From Promethearchaeota archaeon (GTDB lineage: Archaea; Asgardarchaeota; Lokiarchaeia; Sigyniarchaeales; SOKP01), in NCBI GenBank assembly GCA_048939015.1, contig JBHLPW010000058.1, forward strand, positions 1 through 29,110: a stretch of 29,110 nucleotides of DNA, written 5' to 3'. The position numbers were made by a program, and so were the translations under genes. Below are positions 1-8,402 of this stretch, one piece after another (the first letter of the stretch is position 1; each line of letters opens with the position of its first letter). The notes under the pieces were generated by a model. That model saw only the letters and a list, made by a program, of their open reading frames with translations, was not told where the DNA came from and searched no databases.

Positions 1-869
1 CAAAAAACAATTATTTCACTTCTATGAAGTAGAATGGAAAATAATAATGTAAGGAACGGTTCAATATACAAAAATGAAGCAACTTTTGAAGATTTTAATT
101 TTTTTTGAGAGTTTTGCCATATATAATAACCTAAAACATAACATCCAAGACCTAAATATAATGCGGAGATTAGCAATGAGATATTTAAAAAGTTCTCGAA
201 GAAAATAGTAATCTCGCGATTTATTAAGACAAAAACAAACAATTCAAGAGTTCCAAAATATGCAATATATTTATTCATAACGAAACTGGAACTATGCTTC
301 GAGATTTTTTTTGTCAATGTAGAATAAATAGCCCACAATAAAGGGGTTAATAATGCAAATAGATATCCCAAGAAATTAGGAGAATTTGGGGAAAGAGTAT
401 TAATATTACCTCCAGTTATTAATAAAAAACCGCCAATTGTTGCAATAATAAAACCAATTATTTTTAATTTACTCACATTTTCTTGGAAGACAAATAAAGC
501 TAATATCGTAATTATTACAGGAGTAATTAGACAAACAAATAGAGCAGGTAGTGATGGACCGATAATTTCAATAGCAGTATATTGGGCAAGAAAAAAAAAT
601 GATACACCTGTAAAACTCGCTATTATAATTAACAACCATCCATTTTTAGTGAATTTATTTTGATTCAAATCTGATTCATTCTGGTGGAGTTCCCTTCTTT
701 TTGTTAATTTGTAATAGATGTCAACTATTAAAAATGATAACGACGCAATTATAAATCGATAAAATGCTATAGATAGCGGTGGAACAAATTCTACAGCAAG
801 ATCTACAACAACAAAAGAAAAACTCCAGACTAAAACCATAAAAGTTAGAGCAAGATATACCAATAGCAT
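1..869 (-). CDS. DMT/EamA family transporter (3' end beyond window edge)
   Basis: Not in ORF track. ATG at 869 reads MLLVYLALTFMVLVWSFSFVVVDLAVEFVPPLSIAFYRFIIA. The same frame gives FFFLAQYTAIEIIGPSLPAL near 541-600 and WQNSQKKLKSSKVASFLYIEPFLTLLFSILL near 1-120, typical of two EamA repeats. Only these segments were translated by hand; the frame is still open at position 1. Confidence 0.9.
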   Translation of the reverse strand, partial: MLLVYLALTFMVLVWSFSFVVVDLAVEFVPPLSIAFYRFIIASLSFLIVDIYYKLTKRRELHQNESDLNQNKFTKNGWLLIIIASFTGVSFFFLAQYTAIEIIGPSLPALFVCLITPVIITILALFVFQENVSKLKIIGFIIATIGGFLLITGGNINTLSPNSPNFLGYLFALLTPLLWAIYSTLTKKISKHSSSFVMNKYIAYFGTLELFVFVLINREITIFFENFLNISLLISALYLGLGCYVLGYYIWQNSQKKLKSSKVASFLYIEPFLTLLFSILLHRSEIIVF

Positions 870-980
870 GGAGATCAAAGTAGTTTTAGAAATTAGTTAT
901 CATTTAATCAAAAGCGTTCTACTATAATAATTTATTAAAATAAATTAATAATAGAAAATTAAGAAAAATAATAATTACTT

Positions 981-1580
981 TTGGTAAAAAACTTCTTGAA
1001 GAAAATTAGCTATAGTGTGCGCATTGGGATAATTGGAAAGAAAAAAAATATTGAAGCCATTTTTTTTGAAGGTTTAAAGCTTACAGCTATAAAATCTAAA
1101 ATTACAAATGAAGACTATGAATTTTTTATTGTCTTTAAACAAATTCCAATTAAGATTAGGATATTTATTGCAGAAAAAATAGAAGATTTGGTAGATCATT
1201 TCGATAAAATTCAGAAACTTGATGTTCTAATTATCCCTTTAAATTTAAATGAACCTGCTTCACTTCAAACTATTACTAAGCAATTAGTAGATGAATTTAA
1301 TGAAGTATTCTCCTTTCAAGGATTATCAATATTAGTTGGAGTTGATTTTGAAAATGTGTTTAATAGATCTTCTTCCAAGAAGTTTAAAGTAAGTAGATAC
1401 CAATTAGAAAAAATCACTAAAGATCTAAACTTAATCTATTGTTTTGAGATTATAAACAATAACAGCGATATAAATGAGATCTATAATACTATTTTTACCG
1501 AATTTATCATAAGATTCCAGTATTCAAATCCAGAATTATTCGAAATTGCAAAGAATTATGGTAAAAAACTTCTGAGTTAG
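981..1580 (+). CDS. Degenerate Ras/Rab-like small GTPase-fold protein (putative pseudo-GTPase)
   Basis: Element order resembles small GTPases (VRIGIIG, IKIRIF, LDVLIIPLNLNEPASL, ILVGVD, VSRYQLEKITKDLNLIYCFEI, INEIYNTI), but GK[ST], DxxG and NKxD are absent. TTG start. Confidence 0.55.
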   Translation: MVKNFLKKISYSVRIGIIGKKKNIEAIFFEGLKLTAIKSKITNEDYEFFIVFKQIPIKIRIFIAEKIEDLVDHFDKIQKLDVLIIPLNLNEPASLQTITKQLVDEFNEVFSFQGLSILVGVDFENVFNRSSSKKFKVSRYQLEKITKDLNLIYCFEIINNNSDINEIYNTIFTEFIIRFQYSNPELFEIAKNYGKKLLS

Positions 1581-1631
1581 TCGAATAATTTTATTAAATT
1601 ACATACTATTACTTTAAAAAAAATACAAAAT

Positions 1632-1647
1632 CGAAAAGTTATAAAAA
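1632..1647 (+). promoter_or_regulatory. Putative archaeal BRE-TATA promoter
   Basis: CGAAAAG-TTATAAAA about 75 bp upstream of the 1720 ATG. The AT-rich background weakens the signal. Confidence 0.35.
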
Positions 1648-1719
1648 CAATAAGAAACAAATTTAAATATATTTATTAAAAAAACCAATCGATTAGAATT
1701 TTTAGGAAGGAGTTAAATA

Positions 1720-1917
1720 ATGGGAGAAGAACCAAATGGGTTATTAACAATAGAAAGGGATGAAAGCACCAGAAGAAAATGCCCAAGTTGTGGGGAAGAA
1801 AATAAAAACATGATTCACGAATCGACAGATAAAACGAATATAATAAATGACTATCCTAGAGTGTACGGAAAGAAGTACCGTTGCGGACGCTGCGGTCAGG
1901 AATGGCGCGAAAAATAA
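1720..1917 (+). CDS. Small Zn-ribbon protein (CPSC...CGRC)
   Basis: 65 aa with two CxxC knuckles and a terminal CGQEW; purine-rich RBS-like GGAAGGAG upstream. Confidence 0.8.
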   Translation: MGEEPNGLLTIERDESTRRKCPSCGEENKNMIHESTDKTNIINDYPRVYGKKYRCGRCGQEWREK

Positions 1918-2051
1918 TTTTTCAACAAATTCTTTGAAATTTGCTTTGTAAATATTTATCTTTTAGATTTAAGTAAATATTTATAATTGCACTTTTAATT
2001 TTATAAATAGCTATAATTTAATTTTTTATACAATATAGGTATATAACCGTA

Positions 2052-2744
2052 ATGGATTTTGCCAGAATTATTCAAATCTATGTAGTACAAGGTTTTTTTG
2101 CTTTATTTTTTCTCTATATGGCTTACTTAGTATTGAAAAGGGGAAAAAAATCACTTAATATTCATATAAGTAGTTTCTACATATGTGTGACGATCGCAGG
2201 TATTTTAAATATGATTTATGCGAATATTTTTAATCAAACAATCGTATATTTTTTGCATTTCATGACATATTATCTCTATTGTCTTGCAATGATTTTTCTG
2301 TTAATATTTATAATTATCCTTATAAAACCAAAACAGAAATTTAGTATTAATCTACAGTTTTTGATAATAATAATTTATGGATTGTTATTATTAGGATTAC
2401 TACTTATTCCAGAAGGAATTACAATAAATGCTAGTACTAATTGGAAACCAAAATGGAATTGGATGTTTTTTCTTTATTCTATTATAGTTTGTAGCGTTCT
2501 AATAATCATACCATCAATTTATTACTCTATTAAGATATTTATTGGATTCGAAAGTGATTATCTTAAAAGAAAATGGAAATTCTTCCTAATTGGAATTAGT
2601 GCTTACTTTTTTCTTTTTTATGGAACAGTAGTTTCAAATACTTTGAATAATGACACTTTTAGATTTATATGGTCATTAATTTCATTACCAACCCTTATAG
2701 CCTTATATTTAATTTATTATGGAATAGGGCGTCAACTTGAGTAA
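2052..2744 (+). CDS. Stand-alone 7TM membrane protein (HisKA_7TM-like sensor fold), paralogue 1
   Basis: Seven hydrophobic segments and no soluble domain; shares NASTNWxPxW, KWKFF and GRQLE with the next gene. Confidence 0.75.
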   Translation: MDFARIIQIYVVQGFFALFFLYMAYLVLKRGKKSLNIHISSFYICVTIAGILNMIYANIFNQTIVYFLHFMTYYLYCLAMIFLLIFIIILIKPKQKFSINLQFLIIIIYGLLLLGLLLIPEGITINASTNWKPKWNWMFFLYSIIVCSVLIIIPSIYYSIKIFIGFESDYLKRKWKFFLIGISAYFFLFYGTVVSNTLNNDTFRFIWSLISLPTLIALYLIYYGIGRQLE

Positions 2745-2858
2745 ACTTTTAAAAAGTGAGTAAGTAGTATATAAGGAGAAAAGACAACAATAATAAATAT
2801 AAAACAATAAAATATTACTATAACAAAAATTTTAACAAAACTACATAATTACGGTAGC

Positions 2859-3605
2859 GTGAGTATTATGGTATTTTATCAATTACCATTGGAAAGTCCA
2901 ATGCGGGTAATAACAATTTATGGTGCACAAGGAATTGTTTTTGCTTGGTTTTTATATCTAGCGTATCGTATCCTTAAACGAGATAGAAAAAGATTGAATA
3001 TGATTTTCGCGGGATTTTATTTATCAGTAGTAGTGGGGACTCTTTTTAATTTTATCTATGGACCTATTGCGAACGAACAGGTGGTTCTTATTCTAAACTA
3101 TCTAACTAACTTTGGCGCTTTTTATGCTCCTATCTTTTTCGTTGTGTTTAATCTTATTTTACTGAAATCAGAAAAAGTGATCACTCCAATGAAACAGTAT
3201 TTTGTCTTTATTGGATATGGGATTTATATATTTTGTATGATCTTTTTTGTATTAGCTGGAGAAGGGTGGGGTGTTTCACTTAATGCTTCTACAAATTGGT
3301 CTCCGGTTTGGCATTTACCTTTCTTCCTTTATATGTTCTTAGGAGTGACATTATTCGCAATTATACCTTTATTGTTCTTATCATTTCAGGTCTTTAAGAA
3401 ATTTGAAGATGAACAATTAAAACAAAAGTGGAAATTTTTCATACTTGGAGTAATTTGTTTAATTGGATTTATGTATGCAATTTTCTTTGCAAATTTCCTA
3501 AATATCGCAGAATTAAGAACCGGTATAGGACTAGTTGGTTTAGTCCTAAATCTAATCGGTGGATACCTTATGTATATCGGCGTGGGTAGACAACTGGAGA
3601 AATAA
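2859..3605 (+). CDS. Stand-alone 7TM membrane protein, paralogue 2 (start may be ATG 2868)
   Basis: Seven hydrophobic segments; colinear similarity with 2052-2744 (IYxxQG, LNMI/LNIH, NASTNWSPVW, KQKWKFF, GVGRQLEK). Confidence 0.75.
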   Translation: MSIMVFYQLPLESPMRVITIYGAQGIVFAWFLYLAYRILKRDRKRLNMIFAGFYLSVVVGTLFNFIYGPIANEQVVLILNYLTNFGAFYAPIFFVVFNLILLKSEKVITPMKQYFVFIGYGIYIFCMIFFVLAGEGWGVSLNASTNWSPVWHLPFFLYMFLGVTLFAIIPLLFLSFQVFKKFEDEQLKQKWKFFILGVICLIGFMYAIFFANFLNIAELRTGIGLVGLVLNLIGGYLMYIGVGRQLEK

Positions 3606-3616
3606 TCTCTTAATTC

Positions 3617-3644
3617 TTTTATTTTATTTTTTTTTTTTTGTTTT
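3617..3644 (+). terminator. Oligo-T archaeal terminator
   Basis: Long T-tract just after the stop of the second 7TM gene. Confidence 0.55.
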
Positions 3645-3767
3645 ATCAACTTAAATTTTATTTTGACTAATTAACATTATTATATATAAATAGAATCAAA
3701 ATAAGCTTTAAAAATAAAAGTTCCATAAATAATAATTTTTCTCCTTAAATCTTGAATTTGTGCATCA

Positions 3768-4118
3768 TTGATGATTGATGAATTGATACGGGTAAGAGGT
3801 ATTGGTCCTACAGCGGCAGAGAGGTTGATAAATGCTGGTGTGAAAAGCATTGAAGAAATTTCAGATTCTAAACCTGAACAATTAGCTTGGATTAAAGGAA
3901 TTGGGATGATCTCTGCAAAAAATATAATACAAAATGCAAAAGAATTACTCAATTTAGAAAAAGGGATACAAAAAGTATTGAATTCAATCAAGGAAAACTT
4001 TGCAAAAAGTTGTCCTAAGTGTGGAGGAGATATGAATGAAAGATTGATAATTCTTGGACCAGAAAGGAGATTAAGAGCAAATCAATGTGTTTTATGCAAA
4101 TTTTATTTGCCAAAATAG
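3768..4118 (+). CDS. Helix-hairpin-helix protein with C-terminal Zn ribbon
   Basis: Two HhH motifs (VRGIGPTAAERL, IKGIGMISAKNI) followed by CPKC...CVLC. Confidence 0.85.
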   Translation: MMIDELIRVRGIGPTAAERLINAGVKSIEEISDSKPEQLAWIKGIGMISAKNIIQNAKELLNLEKGIQKVLNSIKENFAKSCPKCGGDMNERLIILGPERRLRANQCVLCKFYLPK

Positions 4119-4206
4119 TTATTTTTAATTAGTTTACCATAAAAATGATTTCAACAGAAAAGAGAGAAAATTTGTAATAATTCCAAATAAAAGAGATTGA
4201 TGTATT

Positions 4207-5187
4207 TTGTTAAAAGAAGACGAAATTTATAAAGGAGATAAAAAAGGAATACAATTAATTTGTCCTATATGCCATAAAGAAAAAATTGTGGAAGTCCCTA
4301 TAAAAGTGGTGGAAGACTCTAAGACTCTTTTAACTATTTCAGTTCCTTCGAATTATATATGCCAACATGGCTTTCAAGCATATGTGGATAAATGGTTTGT
4401 GGTCAGAGGTTATCAGAGTTCTGACCTTGAATTAAAAAACCTTGAAATTTATGAAACAGGCAGTAAGAAGATTGATGATATTGTTACTTATACTGTATCT
4501 TTAGTTATTAAAAAAATAATTAATAATTTAAAGAAGAATGAGGAAGAGGGTGTAATTTTGGGCGGCTCACTCTTTAACCAAAAGGGATACGTTTTATATT
4601 TTTCTCTACCTGATGAAATATTTCTTAATATGATAAAACAATTTGAACTGCAAAAAGTAAACGGGGAACTCAAATTGAAAAAAATGATTATAGAATTAGA
4701 GAATAATCAAAAAATTTTTACCGAATTTCTAAAAGTGGAAGATTCAACTTTAACAATGGTTATCCTTTTTCCTTCTGTTATTAGTATCACTGATGCAGAA
4801 TCCTATATGAATGTTTTTAAAAAATTTGTCATGACTCATGATGATCCTAAAGAATTAAAAAAAAGGGAGCAATTACGAATGAAAAAAATAGAGGAAGCTC
4901 AAAAACGAAAAAGTACACGGAAAGCACCATCTAATTATTGGATCTATTCTAAAATAACTTGTGATAAACCTATAGAGGAGCTAGATAGTATTCCTATTGA
5001 TGAATTAGGGATTGATATCGACAAAAAAAACATTTTAAATCTAGAAGAAATCGTCCAAATTAGTAAAAGTCGAACATTTAAAGGAAAGATCTATTTCTCT
5101 GAGAAATTCATACAGCTAATGGAAGGTTTAGCATTAACTATGAAAGATGCTTCCACATTATTAAGTAAATTAAATAAAAAGCCATAA
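4207..5187 (+). CDS. Hypothetical protein: N-terminal Zn-binding domain plus roadblock/profilin-like domain
   Basis: CPIC...CQH at the N-terminus; central ILGGSLFNQKGYVLYFSLP strand-turn-strand pattern; charged coiled-coil linker; C-terminal domain unassigned. Confidence 0.55.
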   Translation: MLKEDEIYKGDKKGIQLICPICHKEKIVEVPIKVVEDSKTLLTISVPSNYICQHGFQAYVDKWFVVRGYQSSDLELKNLEIYETGSKKIDDIVTYTVSLVIKKIINNLKKNEEEGVILGGSLFNQKGYVLYFSLPDEIFLNMIKQFELQKVNGELKLKKMIIELENNQKIFTEFLKVEDSTLTMVILFPSVISITDAESYMNVFKKFVMTHDDPKELKKREQLRMKKIEEAQKRKSTRKAPSNYWIYSKITCDKPIEELDSIPIDELGIDIDKKNILNLEEIVQISKSRTFKGKIYFSEKFIQLMEGLALTMKDASTLLSKLNKKP

Positions 5188-5212
5188 TTGTAATTATATA
5201 TCAAACGATGGT

Positions 5213-6187
5213 TTAAATTCTTATCCAGAATGTAAAAAGAAAGAAATAAGATAGAAAATAAAGTGAAATAAATAGAATTCCAGCTTTCTTATCTATTTTT
5301 CTTCTTACTGCGATTGTAATAAATACAATAAAACTAACCATTAAAGTATATAAGACTGTAGGAACAGCAAGTGAGGATGTTATATAATTGGGATTTCGAT
5401 TAAATACAACATGTCCAATACCAATAGATAAGGTTGAGTCTACAATACAGGAACCTACAATGTCTCCTATAGCAATTTGATGGTGTCCCAACCGTAATGC
5501 ATTGATATCAACTGCCAATTCGGGGAGAGATGTACCCACAGCAACTATAAAAAAACTTATAATATATTCATGTATATTTAAGATACTTGAAAGAAATATA
5601 ACAGATTCAACAATCATATAGGCTGCTATTGTTACACCAATAAATCCTATTACTGCTATAAAGAGGTGATATTTTTTACTTTTAGGAGTTTCTATTTTCT
5701 CAATCATTTCTACTCTTTCTAGAATACTTTTCTTATTAGCATTATAAATTAACCAAATATAAATCCCTAAACACCCAACCATTAAAATGGCATCAAGTCG
5801 TGTAATATATCCTTTTTCAACTATAGTAAAGATTAAAATTAATGATAAAATTTCACAAGCTCCTAAAATAGTTGTATCTCTTCGATGAACGTAGAACATT
5901 CCAGAAATTAATGGCAAAAGTCCAAAAATCAAGGTAAGTTGAGTCAAATCTGAACCCACAGAATCACCAATATCAATATCTCCATGTCCTAATGAGACAG
6001 ATATAAGTGAATTAAAAATTTCAGAAATATCTGTTCCTATAGATACTAATGATACTCCAATTATTAAAGGAGAAATTCCTAGTGAAGCAGCAAGAATAGC
6101 AGAATGTTTTACAGCTTTCATACTGGAATAAATAATAAGAGATATTCCACCAATGAGAATAAATATTGCTAATAATATACTTATCAT
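5213..6187 (-). CDS. Cation/Ca2+ antiporter (CaCA, YrbG/NCX-like)
   Basis: About 10 TM with alpha-repeats GTDISE...GDSVGSD and GTSLPE...GDIVGSC. Confidence 0.92.
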   Translation of the reverse strand: MISILLAIFILIGGISLIIYSSMKAVKHSAILAASLGISPLIIGVSLVSIGTDISEIFNSLISVSLGHGDIDIGDSVGSDLTQLTLIFGLLPLISGMFYVHRRDTTILGACEILSLILIFTIVEKGYITRLDAILMVGCLGIYIWLIYNANKKSILERVEMIEKIETPKSKKYHLFIAVIGFIGVTIAAYMIVESVIFLSSILNIHEYIISFFIVAVGTSLPELAVDINALRLGHHQIAIGDIVGSCIVDSTLSIGIGHVVFNRNPNYITSSLAVPTVLYTLMVSFIVFITIAVRRKIDKKAGILFISLYFLSYFFLFTFWIRI

Positions 6188-6360
6188 TTTTTGATTAAAA
6201 ATTTTTATTATATATATTTATTGTCTTAAGTGTATACATTGGATTTATTGACTGAATGGAACTTCTCAATTATATATCAATGAAAGTTAAATTTTCACTT
6301 TAACAATGTTTTTGAGTAATTCTTTCTGCAGTTCTTATAGATATTTTCTCATATATAAAA

Positions 6361-6398
6361 TTATCCATTTTTTATCCGGAATGATCCATAGATTATCC
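6361..6398. repeat. Four helically phased T(T/G)ATCC boxes
   Basis: TTATCC 6361, TTATCC 6372, TGATCC 6382, TTATCC 6393; spacing 11/10/11 bp. Confidence 0.6.
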
Positions 6399-6420
6399 AA
6401 GACTTCGTAAACTTCTTATA

Positions 6421-6444
6421 TAAAACTAATTAAAACTAATTAAA
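6421..6444 (+). repeat. Short tandem repeat TAAAACTAAT x2.4
   Basis: TAAAACTAAT TAAAACTAAT TAAA runs into the RHH start codon. Confidence 0.7.
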
Positions 6445-6599
6445 TGGAAAATGAAAAACATGAATTCCATATTTCTATTGAAAAAGACGTATTTGAGAAA
6501 CTAGAAGCAATTAAAGATTATCATGGTATTAAGAACATAACCGAAATTATCCGATTTTTAATTACTAAAGAACATAGAGAAATAAAAAAAGCAGAGTAA
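6444..6599 (+). CDS. Small ribbon-helix-helix (CopG/MetJ/Arc-like) DNA-binding protein, 51 aa
   Basis: Not in ORF track. MENEKHEFHISIEKDVFEKLEAIKDYHGIKNITEIIRFLITKEHREIKKAE: alternating strand FHISI, helix A, G-turn, helix B with TEIIR. Confidence 0.8.
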   Translation: MENEKHEFHISIEKDVFEKLEAIKDYHGIKNITEIIRFLITKEHREIKKAE

Positions 6600-6629
6600 A
6601 TATCCAAAATAAATTCCGAGCTTAGATCC

Positions 6630-7385
6630 TTAAGATTTTATTATTTTAAGCAATTCAGTAAATATTTCACCGGCACTCCCTTTTAGAAATACATCTGCTA
6701 AATCATCCATAATGGTATTTTCTCGATTTATAAAGATAAGTCGAGCTCCATATTGCTTAGCAATAGAAGGCATATAATTAGCAGGTGTTACTAATAGAGA
6801 ACTGCCTACTACAATTAAACAATCTGCATTAGCGGATTCATGCATTGCACCCTCTAGAATACCATGGGGGAGAGATTCACCAAATAAAACTACTTTAGGT
6901 TTGATATATCCTGAACACTCACATACAGGATATTCAACACTTTTTGTATCTATTTCATTAATGTTAAATTCCTTTTGGCATTTAATACAATGTAATTTAC
7001 CATACTCTCCATGTAATTGGTAAATCTTTGCTCCACATTTACCACTTCCTGCTTTCTGATGCAACATATCTATATTCTGAGTAATAATAGCCTTAACCTT
7101 ACCCATCTTTTCTAATTCAGCAATAGCGCAATGTGCCTGATTAGGTTCTGCTGTGTCCATTAGATTATCAACTTCCTTTTGCATTTTCCAAAAAAAAGAA
7201 GGATCCTGTAAAAAATATTGATAACTTGCATAAATATTGGGGTCAAATCTATCCCACAATCCTCCCGGACTACGGAAGTCGTCAATTCCAGATTCTGTCG
7301 ATATACCTGCTCCAGTAAACACGACTATATAATTAGAATTTTTGATTATTAGAGCGGCATCAAATAGTTTTTCTTGTTCAATCAT
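6630..7385 (-). CDS. cobB: NAD-dependent protein deacylase, Sir2 family
   Basis: GAGISTESGIDDFR, TQNIDMLH, catalytic HG, Zn cysteines CIKC/CEC, KPKVVLFGE, GSSLLV. Confidence 0.95.
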   Translation of the reverse strand: MIEQEKLFDAALIIKNSNYIVVFTGAGISTESGIDDFRSPGGLWDRFDPNIYASYQYFLQDPSFFWKMQKEVDNLMDTAEPNQAHCAIAELEKMGKVKAIITQNIDMLHQKAGSGKCGAKIYQLHGEYGKLHCIKCQKEFNINEIDTKSVEYPVCECSGYIKPKVVLFGESLPHGILEGAMHESANADCLIVVGSSLLVTPANYMPSIAKQYGARLIFINRENTIMDDLADVFLKGSAGEIFTELLKIIKS

Positions 7386-7421
7386 ACCAGAAGTATTTAA
7401 GTATTATTATAATTATTTCAA

Positions 7422-8084
7422 TTAAAAATTATAAAATTTTCCCTTATCCTTTAGATAATATAACCCAAATCTTTCTGTTCGTCTCAATCTCATAGCTTCA
7501 GTTTGCCAACCCATATCTTTTGTATAAAATTGTGATTTGTGTAATTTTAAAGCTTCATACACTCGAAATCTTAAATCTCCAACCTTAATTTTAACAAGAT
7601 TTTCTCCTTGAGCCTTTAAAGGATTATATAGATAATAAATATAAAATTTTAATTCATTCAAATTAAGCTTTTCTGCCACTTTAACAGCAATATCATGAGT
7701 TGCTTGATGATCAGGATGTTTGTTATTATCACTTGGAATAACAAATACATCTGAATCTTTAACTATATTTATGATTTTTTCAACAGCGTCATCAATATGA
7801 TCTTTTAATTTTTGATCATAAAATTTGAGAAAATGTCTAAATTCTTTTTTTACTCCTAAAAATTCACCAGCAGCATCTGCCTCAGCTAACCTTATTTTTG
7901 CAAGTTCATCATCTGTAATTCTTGTTTCTTCACAATCTTCTAGTGTATTTTCTTCTCTCGCTTTTTTGTAACCCGCTCTACCATCAGTAAACCAAATTAT
8001 ATGAAGTTCATGACCTTCTTCAAGCCACTTTATAATTGATCCCCCTGCACCATAACTTTCATCATCAGGATGAGGGGCAAACAC
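7422..8084 (-). CDS. PIG-L/LmbE family deacetylase (start codon uncertain)
   Basis: APHPDDE, TDG, RLAE and HPDH motifs. Confidence 0.9.
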   Translation of the reverse strand: MFAPHPDDESYGAGGSIIKWLEEGHELHIIWFTDGRAGYKKAREENTLEDCEETRITDDELAKIRLAEADAAGEFLGVKKEFRHFLKFYDQKLKDHIDDAVEKIINIVKDSDVFVIPSDNNKHPDHQATHDIAVKVAEKLNLNELKFYIYYLYNPLKAQGENLVKIKVGDLRFRVYEALKLHKSQFYTKDMGWQTEAMRLRRTERFGLYYLKDKGKFYNF

Positions 8085-8402
8085 TATTATCTTAAAGATA
8101 TATCACCAATTGAATTGGTTATTCCTATATCAAAATAATTACGTATAGCATTAAAAATAGTTGATTATATTTTTAATAGATTAAGATTATTATACTTTTT
8201 AATCTTTATTCATGAAAACTTTATCATATTGCGATCAAAAAGTGTAATTTGTTGTAATAGTAAATATTTAAATAAAAATTTTATTATCAAATATGTATAA
8301 CTTTTGTATAGGAATATAAGATTTATTATAATTATCCATACAAAATATATAAGTTACTACAAAAAATGATAATTTTTTATAAAGAATAAAAGGTGTAAAT
8401 AC

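Noticed and set aside
870-903. Possible frameshift extending the EamA N-terminus from ATG 903
   Set aside because: ATG 869 already yields a complete TM1; the upstream MITNF* frame is probably chance.
2052-3605. 7TM proteins as rhodopsins or true GPCRs
   Set aside because: There is no retinal-binding Lys in TM7 and no DRY or NPxxY motif.
6195-6368. Minus-strand short ORF or pseudogene remnant (MDNFIYEK..., 22 aa)
   Set aside because: Too short, with no recognisable homology; the other frame contains stops.
6361-6398. TTATCC boxes as DnaA boxes or a replication origin
   Set aside because: None completes TTATCCACA, the context is archaeal, and there is no orc1/cdc6 gene or ORB-like G-string nearby.
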